A program made the translations under genes and the position numbers. From Chrysomallon squamiferum (taxonomy: Eukaryota > Animalia > Mollusca), in NCBI GenBank assembly GCA_012295275.1, contig CM022678.1, positions 16,430,001 to 16,494,000 on the forward strand: a stretch of 64,000 bases of DNA, read 5' to 3'. This document shows positions 27,452 to 39,149 of this stretch, piece after piece. The notes under the pieces are model-generated. The model searched no databases. It saw only the letters and a list, made by a program, of their open reading frames with translations, and was not told the DNA's origin. Each line of letters starts with the position of its first letter. Position 1 is the stretch's first letter.

Positions 27452-30400
27452 ATAAGATATTAAAAGATTAAAATTACATACATGATGATAATAATAATAA
27501 TAATCATAACTATAACAATAATTATAATAATAGTAATTTACTGTATACATTTTGCTTCTTTTGAAGCATGTTTGAAGAATAAAATAATTTAGACAAGTGA
27601 ATAAAATATCAGAATCATACTTTTGTGAAAGGTTACATAATAAATGTAATAATATTAATGACTTACTACATATATTTTGGTTCTTATGAAACTTAATTTT
27701 CAACAATGAATGACTTACATATTAAAAGATAAGCAACGTGTTTATGAAAGGTTAGATATAAGAGTTTAGAATTACATGTATTTGTAGTATTAGACAGAGA
27801 CATTTTAAAACCTTTTTCCAGCAATAACTAACCAATATGTAATTTTTTCACCATTTAAATACTGTGAAATATCATGATGTTTACATTTTACTAATTTATT
27901 CATGCATAAAAACAGTCAGATTACATACACACATTATATATGCAAGAATGTAAAATTAAAAAGTTTTGTTCTTTTTAAAAACAGAAAAAAATAATAACAA
28001 ATAAATAATTTTAAATAAAAAAATCACAGTAATAAATTCTGGAAACAGAATATCATTATTTACATTGTTATGTGTATGTTGTTCAGAACAGATTGTATTT
28101 GTTTAATTTATAAAAGAAATTATATAACAAAAACTCACAGATTCCATTCTTGAAAACCAGGCAATGCTTTTGCTTTAAGTAAACAAAAAATCCAGACAGC
28201 ATGTAACAAGAACTAGAGAAGAGTCAACCAATTTGTTACAGTCTAGATTTGTCTTTAAATACTTAAACCAAGCATCTGGATGATATGTAACAAGTACTGT
28301 AACAAATAGAGTAAACAACATCAACTTGTTACAGAAATCAGACACCTAATCAGAAACTATACTGATTTCATCTCAACCTTGCTGTGCCCTGTCTCCTCAT
28401 ATTCACTAGGACTGAAACCAAGTCAATAAAAAAATGTTATTATCATCATTCAAATAAGCTGACAACTGTGTCAAAGTACAACTATATAATATTAACAACC
28501 ACAGTGAACTTGTTATTCTAACTCTCAAAAAAAAAGAAGTGATGACCCACAACAGAGAATGAACTCTGTAGACCAAGACCTGTATATACACACACACAAA
28601 CACAGGGATGTTGTTTGAAATAGTGAGCTGGAACAATCTGTCAAAACATAAAAGGATTTTTTTTTCGTCTTCTTTGAATGTGATGGAGGTAAAAGATCAA
28701 CAGCCGGTACAGTCAAACAAAGTTTATTTTTAGAACTAGAAGATGGTCACAAAATTTCTCTCATTTTTTTAATTTATATATATATATATATTTTACCGGT
28801 AAAAGTGTAAATTTACTTAGTTGCTTGTTTTTGTTGTGTGTGTGTGAAATTTACAAGATGATAAAAAGAGAAATTATTGTTATTTGAATTCAGAGTCAGT
28901 CACAAATCTTTTTGAACACAAATATGATGAATATGTTTGTAATCTGAGCAGTTACCACACGACAAACTAGTCATTTTAAAATTATTTCTTTCCTCTGGTA
29001 TATTCTTTATGTTTTATATCAGAACAAGTTAAAGAATATATTTGTTATATTGTAACATTGAGTAGGCTGTCTGAGTGCAGGCAAGTAAATCAATAAATGT
29101 GTGTATGTATGTTTGTGTGTGTGGTGTGTGTGTGGTCTGTGTGTGGTCTGTGTGTTTTTTGTTTCTTTCTTTTTGTCTTTGAGTTAAAATTGCACATTAA
29201 AAAAAACCTTTAGAATTAAAAAATACTGCGATCAAAAAAACAAAATCTTCAAAATTATGAATATACTTTTATGAAAATGTGGATAGTTATAATTCTAGCT
29301 AAATGTTTTTTCTTTCAAGTTTTTTTTTCTGTTTATACTCATTAAAAGAATCCTCTCTGCATTGTTTCAAAATAATTAGGAGATGTATCTGAAATAAATC
29401 TGAAAGATATTAAAAAGAAAGAAGAAAAAATAAAAATAAATAAAAAGTTATTATGTTCATTTTGATTGTAAGTATTTTCTCTGGACTGCCTCAAAACAAT
29501 TAAAACTACAAACCCTAAGTGGTAGACAAGGAAGTATCATACAGAGTTTTCATTTCAAATCAGAGTAAGGAAAACATTACATGAATGGAAAAAAGGAAAT
29601 AACAGTAAAACTGTAACTTGTTTGTTAAAAAAAGTCACATTAAAACTATTAACTTTTCACCAGTAGAACCTGTGTATCATCTGCTTAAAAACAATAACCT
29701 GTTTTATCTGTGTGACATGCTATTTAAAATATTACAATCAATAATCAGATTATCTCTCTCTCTCTCTCTCTCTATTTATCTCTATCTATCTATCTATCTA
29801 TAAAAATTAAAAATACAACAACAAACAAACACATTCCAAACTGCTAAACTAACAATGTAGGTGTTTACTACACATTACAAATACTATTCATATTATTAGT
29901 TTTATGGTATAATTAAAATTGAGTTCCAATAAATATTCAGCATATTGTGGTTTGTAAAATCATTATAATCTTTTCTGCTTAATGCACAAATTCAGTTTAT
30001 TTCTATAACTGTTATGCATGATTTCAAGCTAAAAATAAATGTTCTTATTTTATTTCAGAAAGGCGGTAATTCAATTGTTATTTATTACACTAGTATTTGA
30101 TACGATGAAAGTAACCACACCCTCTTTTGATACAGTGTTTTACTAGGGTGATTAACCCAATAACCATTAATACAAAAAATATGCTGAACAAAACATACAT
30201 CTATCAATATGAAGTCTTAACAATGAAAATTTTTGTTAATGAAATAAATTATCCATTTTGTTCAAGGATCAGAAAACATTTTTCAAAAAATAAAAGAAAG
30301 AAAGAAAGTGTAAATGTTTCACTGATATGAGGAAATAGAGATTTTTATTCTTATTTCTAAAGAAAAGAAATAAAATGATATAGGTGTACACAGTGACATT

Positions 30401-31620
30401 ATGACAGAACAAGTGTGAGGAAGAAGAGATTTTTATTATTATTATTATTTTTAAAGAGAGAAATAAAAAGATGTATTTATAGACATGATGACGATTAATA
30501 TTTCACTGATGTGATGAACAAGAGGAATGTTTAAAACTGAACAGGTAGAAGGTTTAATTCGGTGTGTGACATCAAGCATGTGAGTATTTACACAGAAGAT
30601 CACAGTTAAACACAGATTTAGTTCCGAGACAAAGTAAAGATTATGTGTGGACAGCAGCCAGTGTTAGTAAAAATTCTTCACTTGATCTGTTTGAACCTTG
30701 TACAGCTTCTTTTTAAACCACTGTACTTTATCAAAACAGTAAAATCAAATTAAAAACAATTCATACTATTTGAATCATACTCAACTGTGCTATTTCTGCT
30801 AATTATGTATGTGTGCATGTGTGTGTGTGTTAAATAGCATTCTGCTTTATTTAATACAACAACACTAGCAATCAATAGAATATTTAATATTCTCATGATT
30901 GTCATTCTTTTCTTCTTTTTTTTCCCAAAATTATATTAATACTTATGTGGTGTGTTTGTGTGTGTGTTCATGTTTGGAAATTGCAAAGAGCATATTAGAA
31001 AGAAAAATAATAATAAAAAACTGGTTAAATTATATTTAAACAGTAATTCATAAATAAAACCAGAAAGACAAATGAACAGGTCTCTCAGGATTTTTCACTG
31101 ATAACATTCTTTATTTAGACATAAAATAATATTCACTAATAAAAGTAACTTGGAGATTTGACGCTAATGAAATATAAATTATAAAATATTTTAGTCTGTG
31201 GTATTTTAATAAAAATAGTCACGACTTATTATAATACCATTAATATAGTTAATAGGTCTACGTATAAGCACTGTATTCTCAATTTAAAAATCTGCCCAAT
31301 CACGATTTTAAAATTATTAATACATTAATAAATCGACTGGAAATAAGGTAAAAAAAAAAAAAAAAAAAAAAAATGTGTATGACTAATAAATACTAATTAT
31401 AATAATATTACTGATAAGCTTGAATAAAGTAACAGATATATTATAATGATTATATTCCATGTTTAATGTTAAGCTGACCGATTTCGATTTTGTGACATTC
31501 CTTAAGTACAATGATACTCTTATGAATTCTTTAAACAATTTACATGCTTACCCGATTGAACTGATATTCATCCATGGGAACAATCTCAATGACTTCATTT
31601 TCTGTATCTTCAGATTCCAT
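8000..31620 (-). CDS. CAMSAP: CAMSAP/Patronin (calmodulin-regulated spectrin-associated protein, microtubule minus-end binding); complete spliced gene, 20 coding exons, ~5034 nt / ~1677 aa
   Basis: Exons joined by GT-AG with consistent phase: 31552-31620, 24287-24382, 23905-24010, 23261-23370, 22866-22951, 22325-22442, 21900-22029, 21342-21581, 20855-20990, 20235-20329, 19509-19614, 15430-18148, 14961-15088, 14154-14440, 12394-12450, 10527-10595, 9952-10014, 9406-9524, 8642-8805, 8000-8135. Family motifs recognised: [47 protein letters not shown]1 [48 protein letters not shown]. Confidence 0.95.
8642..8805 (-). CDS. CAMSAP: CAMSAP exon 19, CKK domain ([25 protein letters not shown]...GPKEIT..FYK)
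   Basis: atctag / GTAAGT, phase 0-2; HF.ILFRD.GCQ.R.LY motif. Confidence 0.96.
9406..9524 (-). CDS. CAMSAP: CAMSAP exon 18, CKK domain ([31 protein letters not shown]...)
   Basis: tgaacag / GTGACA, phase 1-0; hallmark CKK sequence. Confidence 0.96.
9952..10014 (-). CDS. CAMSAP: CAMSAP exon 17 ([20 protein letters not shown])
   Basis: ttttttcag / GTTAGA, phase 1-1; gives the EY.GPKL junction typical of the CKK start. Confidence 0.85.
10184..10535. repeat. 51-bp minisatellite, ~7 copies, overlapping the CAMSAP exon 16 donor
   Basis: Unit atgacacaaatttatattgtttatgattaatgtacctggagatggtgtcac; period 49-51. Confidence 0.95.
10527..10595 (-). CDS. CAMSAP: CAMSAP exon 16 ([22 protein letters not shown])
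   Basis: ttctgttag / CAG|GTACAT, phase 1-1. Confidence 0.75.
12394..12450 (-). CDS. CAMSAP: CAMSAP putative 57-nt cassette exon 15 ([18 protein letters not shown])
   Basis: cttgtttcag / CAG|GTTTGT, symmetric phase 1-1, GC-richer island in an AT-rich intron. Confidence 0.65.
14154..14440 (-). CDS. CAMSAP: CAMSAP exon 14 ([30 protein letters not shown]...KPRPKS...)
   Basis: ttgcag / GTAAGT, phase 2-1; alternative same-phase donor would start the intron at 14177. Confidence 0.9.
14961..15088 (-). CDS. CAMSAP: CAMSAP exon 13 ([24 protein letters not shown]..., CC3)
   Basis: catttcag / GTTAAT, phase 0-2. Confidence 0.9.
15430..18148 (-). CDS. CAMSAP: CAMSAP exon 12, 2.7-kb central exon (disordered region plus coiled coils CC1/CC2)
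   Basis: Core of ORF 15283-18327; acceptor ctacacag, donor AGA|GTGAGC; [66 protein letters not shown]. Confidence 0.93.
18336..19275. mobile_element. Non-autonomous TIR DNA transposon (~940 bp) in CAMSAP intron 11, possibly Sola-type
   Basis: Left GGGTCATTCTGTGTCAAATCAC versus reverse complement of the right end GAGTCATTCCATGTCAAATCAC (19/22); no transposase ORF; superfamily is inferred only from the GRG termini. Confidence 0.7.
19509..19614 (-). CDS. CAMSAP: CAMSAP exon 11 ([15 protein letters not shown]...[12 protein letters not shown])
   Basis: atttcag / GTTGTT, phase 1-2. Confidence 0.82.
19672..19761. repeat. (AG)n microsatellite
   Basis: About 45 AG units. Confidence 0.97.
20235..20329 (-). 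CDS. CAMSAP: CAMSAP exon 10 ([14 protein letters not shown]...)
   Basis: tttttcag / GTATGA, phase 2-1, open frame bridging its neighbours. Confidence 0.82.
20855..20990 (-). CDS. CAMSAP: CAMSAP exon 9 (...[12 protein letters not shown]...)
   Basis: aatttag / GTAAGT, phase 1-2; conserved [10 protein letters not shown]. Confidence 0.9.
21342..21581 (-). CDS. CAMSAP: CAMSAP exon 8 ([23 protein letters not shown]...[10 protein letters not shown]...)
   Basis: ttcctcag / GTAAGT, phase 1-1; CAMSAP CH domain. Confidence 0.94.
21900..22029 (-). CDS. CAMSAP: CAMSAP exon 7 (...[22 protein letters not shown]...)
   Basis: ttaccag / GTTTGT, phase 0-1; CH-domain DG...FYCP motif. Confidence 0.92.
22325..22442 (-). 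CDS. CAMSAP: CAMSAP exon 6 ([27 protein letters not shown]...)
   Basis: tttcag / GTGAAT, phase 2-0; start of CH domain (FWLNKV). Confidence 0.92.
22866..22951 (-). CDS. CAMSAP: CAMSAP exon 5 ([29 protein letters not shown])
   Basis: tttcag / GTATG, phase 0-2; AH.A.IDALM.AY motif. Confidence 0.93.
23261..23370 (-). CDS. CAMSAP: CAMSAP exon 4 ([17 protein letters not shown]...APFRV)
   Basis: tttcatag / GTGAGT, phase 1-0; IQ.L.RKG.YV motif. Confidence 0.92.
23511..23672. repeat. Compound (AC)n(TCAC)n(TC)n microsatellite
   Basis: Direct reading. Confidence 0.97.
23905..24010 (-). CDS. CAMSAP: CAMSAP exon 3 ([23 protein letters not shown]...)
   Basis: ttttgcag / GTATGT, phase 0-1. Confidence 0.9.
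24287..24382 (-). CDS. CAMSAP: CAMSAP exon 2 ([32 protein letters not shown])
   Basis: ttttacag acceptor, GTGAGT donor, phase 0-0. Confidence 0.92.
25424..25674. repeat. Diverged tandem duplication (~137-bp period)
   Basis: atcataatatcaca...ttaacagta...aatattgt...caagttttcatgaa twice. Confidence 0.65.
31552..31620 (-). CDS. CAMSAP: CAMSAP coding exon 1 ([23 protein letters not shown])
   Basis: ATG at 31620, donor CGG|GTAAGC, phase 0; resembles the CAMSAP N-terminal EI.P.D.Y.F.RAK motif. Confidence 0.88.
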
Positions 31621-31639
31621 TTTGACTCTAGAACGATCG

Positions 31640-31930
31640 TAGAAAAAAATTTATGCAGATTGTTTATTACAGACGAAAGTGTCAACCTGACAATTTACAC
31701 TTCGTGCGGTTACAATTGATCGCTTAGCGAAATTGTAACAGTCCAGTGCCATAAAGCACTTGTGGAATGTTTTGTCAATACATTTTCAATCAAATTCTGT
31801 ACAGCATTTTATTATTTAACTGAAAGATGTCAGTAATTCAGAATATTTAACAAGAATGATGGAGAAATACCATTTCCGCTAGTCTGCGCATGTGCAAAAC
31901 ACAGGTTCTATCTGTTGTTACGCTTCGTGA
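31640..31930 (-). promoter_or_regulatory. Putative CAMSAP proximal promoter / 5' UTR
   Basis: CpG-retaining; NRF1-like TGCGCATGTGCA at 31885-31896 and CCATTTCCG (YY1/ETS-like) at ~31870, just upstream of the ATG. Confidence 0.5.
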
Positions 31931-31999
31931 TCTGAATGTTCGGTTAATTACCGCTTTAGTTGTAATAATCTACAGAAGCATATGTCCTGGTGCCATTAC

Positions 32000-32073
<74 letters not shown>

Positions 32074-32158
32074 AATAAATAAATAAATAATAAGTTCTTT
32101 GAATTAATTTAATTACTGGAATTTTGGATTGCTTTTTTTTTTATTATTATTATTATTA

Positions 32159-32207
<49 letters not shown>

Positions 32208-32895
32208 TTTATTTTTTATTTATTATTATTATTATTGTTTTTTTTTTTTTTTTACATTTTATAACTTTTATGTGTTCTTATTTCTCTTGTCAGTATATAG
32301 GTTTTACATTGGAAAAACAAAATATTAAACGTGAAATTATTGTATATATGTGTATGTTTGTGTGGATGTGTGTGTGTGTGTGTGTATCCAGGAAACACAC
32401 ACTGTCGTTCTCAAGTTGAGAAGTACTTGGTGCTGAAGTGGAGAATTTCAAAACGGGCCGTAAATCGGTCCATATGCCCGTGGGGCTCCAGACTCTTTGG
32501 GATCTGCCTGCCTCAGTCAAGCCTGGTGCCTTGATAAGGGCCAAATATCACGTGAAAGAATATCATTAACTGCTTATAAAAATAATGCAGACGTCTATAC
32601 ATTTAACTGCTTAGCCATGTTTTGGAGGATATAATACTGGCAAAAAGATGTTCATTTATATATGGACACAGACATATATCGATACATAGATAAATATGTT
32701 AATCAGTAGTAGTAATAGTTATATTACTGACCCTCGATTTCATGGACTAATTGGGAGAGCACCGGTCCATAAGATTCAAGTCTGGGAAATCGTGAATGGA
32801 TATATTAACCTTAAACTTTACCGAAACGTTAAAAACTGTAAATAATAAGTAATATAAGACATAAATACAAAGCAAACTAATTGGTAAACAGTATC

Positions 32896-32934
<39 letters not shown>

Positions 32935-32935
<1 letters not shown>

Positions 32936-33046
32936 CCGGATTTTGGAAAATTCGGACATAATAACTTAAGAAGTGAAGTTTCATGTGCGTTACAGAAAAT
33001 TTTGTGGATTTATTAAGATTTTTGTCCGAATTTTCCAAAATCCGGA
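32935..33046. repeat. Perfect 24-bp inverted repeat (64-bp spacer), probably part of a MITE
   Basis: tccggattttggaaaattcggaca (32935-32958) / tgtccgaattttccaaaatccgga (33023-33046). Confidence 0.85.
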
Positions 33047-33279
33047 AAATCGAGACCGTGAAATGGCCAGTCAACAAGGATCTTTTATCACGGCTGGATC
33101 CTATGAAATAAGATTTTGTAGGCTCAGTCTGATATGATTTTTAGTGACTTCCCCTCCCACATACAATGATTCATATTTTTTCCGTTTAAATGACATTACT
33201 GATGTTAAATCGATGATAATGTTAAACTGACGGGTGAAACCTGAATAGGAATATCTACAATGGTTTCAGCATATTTAAA

Positions 33280-34140
33280 TTTCTATTCACAAGACACGTC
33301 GTAAAGTGGCGTGAATAGGTACGACAGACGCCTTTTTGGTGTTTATCTAAGATTAATCTCGATATTTAAATATAGTGGAACACTGATCAGTTAAGCACTA
33401 GCAAAAGCTTCGAAAACGAGGCTAAATATAGAGACCTCTGTCACATAATATAAAGAATGAATTATATAACTAAGCAAGTAAAGCGACCTCATTAAATCAG
33501 AGATGGTAAATGAAAACCAGAAGTGGTTATTGCAAATGCATTAAGTCTAAACCAATCAGAAGCGAATAATTTCCCTTAGTTCATTCGGGAATTATAATTC
33601 ATTTTGAACATTGACTCTGTTATGTCCTGAACAAAATTAATCATAAACGGCAGCAGTTAATTAAACAAACGTTATAATACTGATACATTTTTAAAGAAAT
33701 TTATTACTTCATTATTTTATTATTTTTTTTTTAAATCAAATATTGGTTATTATTATTATCACTGATAATTAACACTTGCTTCGTAGCAGCTTGGTTATAG
33801 GTGGCGCACTTGCTCGACAACCAAACCTGTGACGTTTTGCTCATGTAGTAGTCGGAAGCTGTTGAATTAGTTTGTCACAGGTGTTCGTTAATGGTAAATA
33901 GAAACCATCGAAGCATGTAAACCAGAGTTCAAACTAGTCTGACAACTTCAAGTTGCAACGCATCTCAGTGCATGGAATTCGTCATTCACGCAAGCAGACA
34001 GATAAGTTAGTATTAACTAGTGAAAGAGATGAACAAACTGCAAACAGATGGTCATGGTGATGGTCAAAGTTACTCTTGTTTTTAGCGTATCTTATTTTAA
34101 TTAGGCTTAGATTAACGGTCGTAAACCAGTCGGATGTTGT
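33280..34140 (+). promoter_or_regulatory. Putative KIAA0319L promoter and non-coding first exon
   Basis: CpG-retaining; CCAATCAG at 33552, TGACGT at ~33830; a first exon is required because the ATG exon begins with a splice acceptor at 36693. Confidence 0.4.
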
Positions 34141-35103
34141 TTTTTATTTTGTTATATTGTGGATGTATTTTTTGATAGAGCATTTGAATATTAGATTGTC
34201 ATTTTGTTACCGTGTATTTTATACATTCTGTGTTTGATATCTTCATAATTTATATATGTTTTGGTTTTATTAGTAACAAAGTAGTAGTGATAGTCACTGA
34301 ATGATCTGTGGTGTAAAGACTATGACGTAAAATAGTGACATCTTAATTTTTTTATATTTTTTATATTGGTATATTTTTAAAGTATTGTCCTTATAGTACC
34401 AGATAATAAAAATAAATAATGATTAAAGGTTAAATACATATTTATAATTTTGTATTTTGTACACTTCGGAGATATTGTTGATTATTTATTGCCAAATCAC
34501 TGATTATTCATATCTAATAATAAAGTATGACAATAGCATAACTGTCAGTATATACTGAATTTGAAGTTATCTTTCATTTGAAACATTTGTGTTATACTAT
34601 ATTATGTATAGTCAGGGAGAAAGAAATAGTAACATACAGTGCTAGACAGACAGAGGATCTTAATAATGATTTCTACTATCAGAACAATAATGAATTTAAT
34701 TATATTGTTTTCAAATAATTTTTTAGAAAGACTAAGTATAGAAGAAAACTATTATTTATTGATTTCAGTCAGTTTAGATAATTCCAATTCAGATCTTTAT
34801 TTATATAATATTAATATTAAATTGTGATATAAATCACCTCATGTGAACCCGATAATTCTGGAAATTGTTAATGCTTAAGCTGGTTTGAGGGAGATCTGAC
34901 TTGTTCCAGTTTATATATTAATTTATTTTTTCTGTTTCTATTGTTATGAATGTGTATTAGTATTGTTAGAATTATGCACAGACACAGATATATTTACATA
35001 CTTTTTTTAAATGCCAGGTTATTCATAAATGTTTGAATGGCAGGGCTCTATGTTCCACTTTTTATAAAAATTAAGAAATTTAGTGTCACTTTTCCATGTA
35101 TAT

Positions 35104-35161
<58 letters not shown>

Positions 35162-36098
35162 ACAGAATATAACAGCTTAATCAGTTATGGTCTATGGGCT
35201 AGGATGGGAAAATAGCCTGCTGTACATTCTGAGTTAGACTGAAATATATGTATATATATATTTGGTGGTGTTGTTGTTAAGGCTGTTAAATCTTTTGTCA
35301 GAAATAAGATACTGGTATCAACGATCCATTGTGTTAAAAGTGCGTTTAAGATATACATTTATCTGTATCATGTTATTTGACATATATTTGACATACATTC
35401 TGTCGCACACATATGGTTTAAATATACAATACTGATATACTTTGTAATCTATGTATATCTGTAAACAGCTGTCAGCATTATTAACATAATCCAGGTCATT
35501 TTTTGTCTGAATTGTCTCACTCACTTTGAACAAATCTTCTTATTTCTTTTATAATATTAGGAATCTTGACACAAAAGAACATTGGTTATGTTGTTAATTA
35601 ATTAGAATTAATTATTATCTATATGTAATTGTGTGTGTATGTGTATGTGTGTGTGAGATCATGTATGTCTATAATCATTTTTGTGTGGGTGTGGGTGTTT
35701 GTGCATGTTTAAAGAATGTAACTTTGTTCTATTCAACACAAAAAATATTAACATATTGTGTTATTCATAGTGATAGTAATTCACTAACTTTGAAAATCAC
35801 AAATGAAGGTCTCTATTTAATACTTCTCATATCAAATAAATCTACATTAGTATTAGGCCAATCACTGTCTCTCTCTTGAGCTAACAAAATCACACACCAG
35901 AGATCCCAGGACCACACAGTCCTTGCACAGCTAGCTTTATTCACAAATACTGATGTTGATTTATTTGATATTTTGTTATAGATGTAGGTTTATTTGTTAT
36001 TTATAAAGATTACTCCAACTTAAAAAGGAATCAGTAATTTTAATAGCTATTAATCTGATTATATGATACTTATTATTAGCTTTAAAATCTATATATAT

Positions 36099-36147
<49 letters not shown>

Positions 36148-36606
36148 CATATACATACATACATTATTATGTTTGTATGTATATATGTGAGGAAGAGATA
36201 TATTTTATGTTTATTAAATTATATATCACTTTATGTGTATGTTGTGTGTTAAATTTACAGTGTGTGAATTTATATTTCTGATATATATATGTAAAATGTT
36301 ACATTATTTATTTGTTATGTCGTATGTAAAAAAAAAATGTGTGTTGAATGTGAAAGAAAAAAAATGTACTTAAAAAAACCAAATCTGTTTAACTGTCTAC
36401 ATAAACAAAAAACATTTTTTTTTTTTCTATGTCGTATATCAGTATTGGTAGTGGCTTTCTAAATTAAAACTATTAACCTTGTTCACATTCAGTGTTTATA
36501 AATTTAATACAACCTGAAAGTAATTGTATACATACTTTATCTACATCAGCCAATAGACTGTGTTACTAGATTGGCAGTAATAAAATATTAACATTGAATC
36601 TTAGAG

Positions 36607-36641
<35 letters not shown>

Positions 36642-36835
36642 CATTCAATTAATAATTTTTATTTTTTCAATTTTTTTGTGTGTTTTTTTCAGGTTATTTA
36701 TTTACTGAAGTCACATAACTTGAAGACAGTGTAGCCCAGTATGCAGTTTGAAACTAACCTGACATTAAACTGAGAGATTCTGACTGCCATTGTTTGCAGT
36801 TTGTCCTTAACATGAATTGATTTCATGTGGTTGTC

Positions 36836-36944
36836 ATGGTGATCATGTTGTCGTGGAGATTGTGTCGGAGAGACTGGCAGAGTTGTCATGGAGTGGGGTA
36901 CCATGCACTTGCTGTGGTGTTCATGTGTACATTCCTTGTTCAAG
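36836..36944 (+). CDS. KIAA0319L: KIAA0319-like first coding exon, signal peptide (MVIMLSWRLCRRDWQSCHGVGYHALAVVFMCTFLVQ)
   Basis: Exon opens at acceptor ttttcag (36693); ATG in GTCATGG; donor AAG|GTGAGA, phase 1; joins to give ...FLVQGVYA-D cleavage-like site. Confidence 0.78.
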
Positions 36945-37810
36945 GTGAGATTCCATAGACAGTTTTTTAACATAGACAATACACACACAAAAATTAAAAG
37001 TCACATACATGACACACCAGTCCCAATGTAATGTTTTTTTACACAATAAAATACACATTAACACAACTTACATATGTTACAGGTGTACGAGTGTGTGTCT
37101 GTGGGAAAACATCATTTACCTAGATTCATGTAATTGCAAAATCAATATGCTTCAAAAAAATATTAAATCGTTTGTATAGCATATGTACACCAATATACAT
37201 ATTAGCTTAAAGGATATGAAATACTGAGTTTTATTATAATGCATTTTACATAACCGTTTTGAGAAATTTAAAATGGATATAAAAAGAAAAAAAAAAAAAA
37301 AAAAATCACTGGGTTATTGTAAAACATGTGTTTACATAATTACAAACATATTCATCAATACTGGTGTCATTTATGATGCACATGTAAACAAAATGGAACA
37401 AATGGCAAATACTAGTGTACTAGTGCAAACCAAAGCATATAAAATATTCTTTCAGACACACACGCACACACACATACACACACACACAAATCCACTTTCT
37501 ATAGAATATAAAAAAGCAACACTAAAGATAATAAGAAATCATTTTTAATAGAAATTATCTTCCCTTAATATTTTTCATTAACAGAAATATTTTCTCAAAT
37601 TATCTTCCCTTTGCTTTCTCAAAATTAATTAATTAATTAATTTATTTATGTCAGATGCTGTCAGTGATATTTATCAGTCTGTATTTATTATTTTTATTAC
37701 TGTTGTTATTATTATCTGTAATTTTGTTTATTTATTTCAGAAGCTTTTGGTGCTTTTTCTCAGCAAAGATTTCTCAGTCTGTATTTAATTATTTTTTTTT
37801 ATTATTGCTT

Positions 37811-37845
<35 letters not shown>

Positions 37846-39099
37846 TTATTTATTTATTTATTTATTTGTTTGTTTGTTTGTTTGTTTGTTTAATATTTAT
37901 TTATTTATTTATTTATTTCAGGTGTTCATTTATTTGTTTGTTTGTTCGTTTGTTTATTAGGTTTTTTTATTTATTTATTTATTAATTTATTTATTTATTT
38001 ATTTATTAATTTATTTTCTATTTATTTTTTATTTATTTATTTCAGGTGTTTATGCTGACATCTGCCAGCCTGATATTGGTTTTGTAGAGATGACTAAAGC
38101 AATTCACACCTCATCCGTCCCGAGGGACGGGGCCCAGGCGGGCGTGTACAGGAAGATTCCCGACGCCCACGGCGATGTGCAGAAGTGCATTTTAAACTGC
38201 TGCGACGAGGCAGACTGCGACGCCGTGTTCTACCATCAGTCCACGTGTTACCAGATTCACTGCAACAGAACGTTGCTGGGGGCCTGCGATGCTGTTGTCC
38301 GAAACGAGACCAAATTCAACAGCACGATGTACGTCCTGGTGAGGAATGTCGGTAAGTCTGTCCGATTATAATCACTGACATCATCGTCATCATTGTCATC
38401 ATCTTCGTTTCTTATTTTGTTTTTTTTGTTTTTGTTTTTTTAACGTAGCTTTACAGTGTTTTTATTAAGGCAGGTCTGATTTTTCTCGGTTGCATTAATT
38501 TAAAAATACATTTTGATTAATTTTTAGCTAATATATTTTTTTAATACACTGGTTTAAAATGCTGATGATACCTTTCTTTGTTGTATTTCTTTCCTTTTTT
38601 TTTATTTTTTTTTATTTCGTTGCATTTACACTTAGTAAACACTTGTTTTGTGTTCTAGTCATGGCATATTTTAAGAAAAATCAGTTCATATAACTACACT
38701 TTTCATGTTTGTTAACAATGCACATAAAATATTCCCTTTAGCTGCTCAGTAAGATAAACTTTGGGATGGAAGTTGAAATGTGTGTCCTTGTTTGTATGTA
38801 ATTATCCATGTATCTTATGAGTGACATGTAATGGATATTTTAAAGTTATGAATGGCAAGACTTTTTTTTTTTTTTTTTTTTTACCAAACTGATAAGAGTA
38901 AATAACAAATTTGAAATGGGATCTCTTCTATATCACAATTATACATTATAATATCACAGTATTTCCTTGGGACTGAAAAAGGACCATGAAGCATTTTTTT
39001 TGTATGACCAGGTCTCATAATTAAATTTTCATTAATTGATGCTGAAAACTCAAACATAGACCTCCATGCACTCATACACACACACACACACACAACACT

Positions 39100-39149
<50 letters not shown>

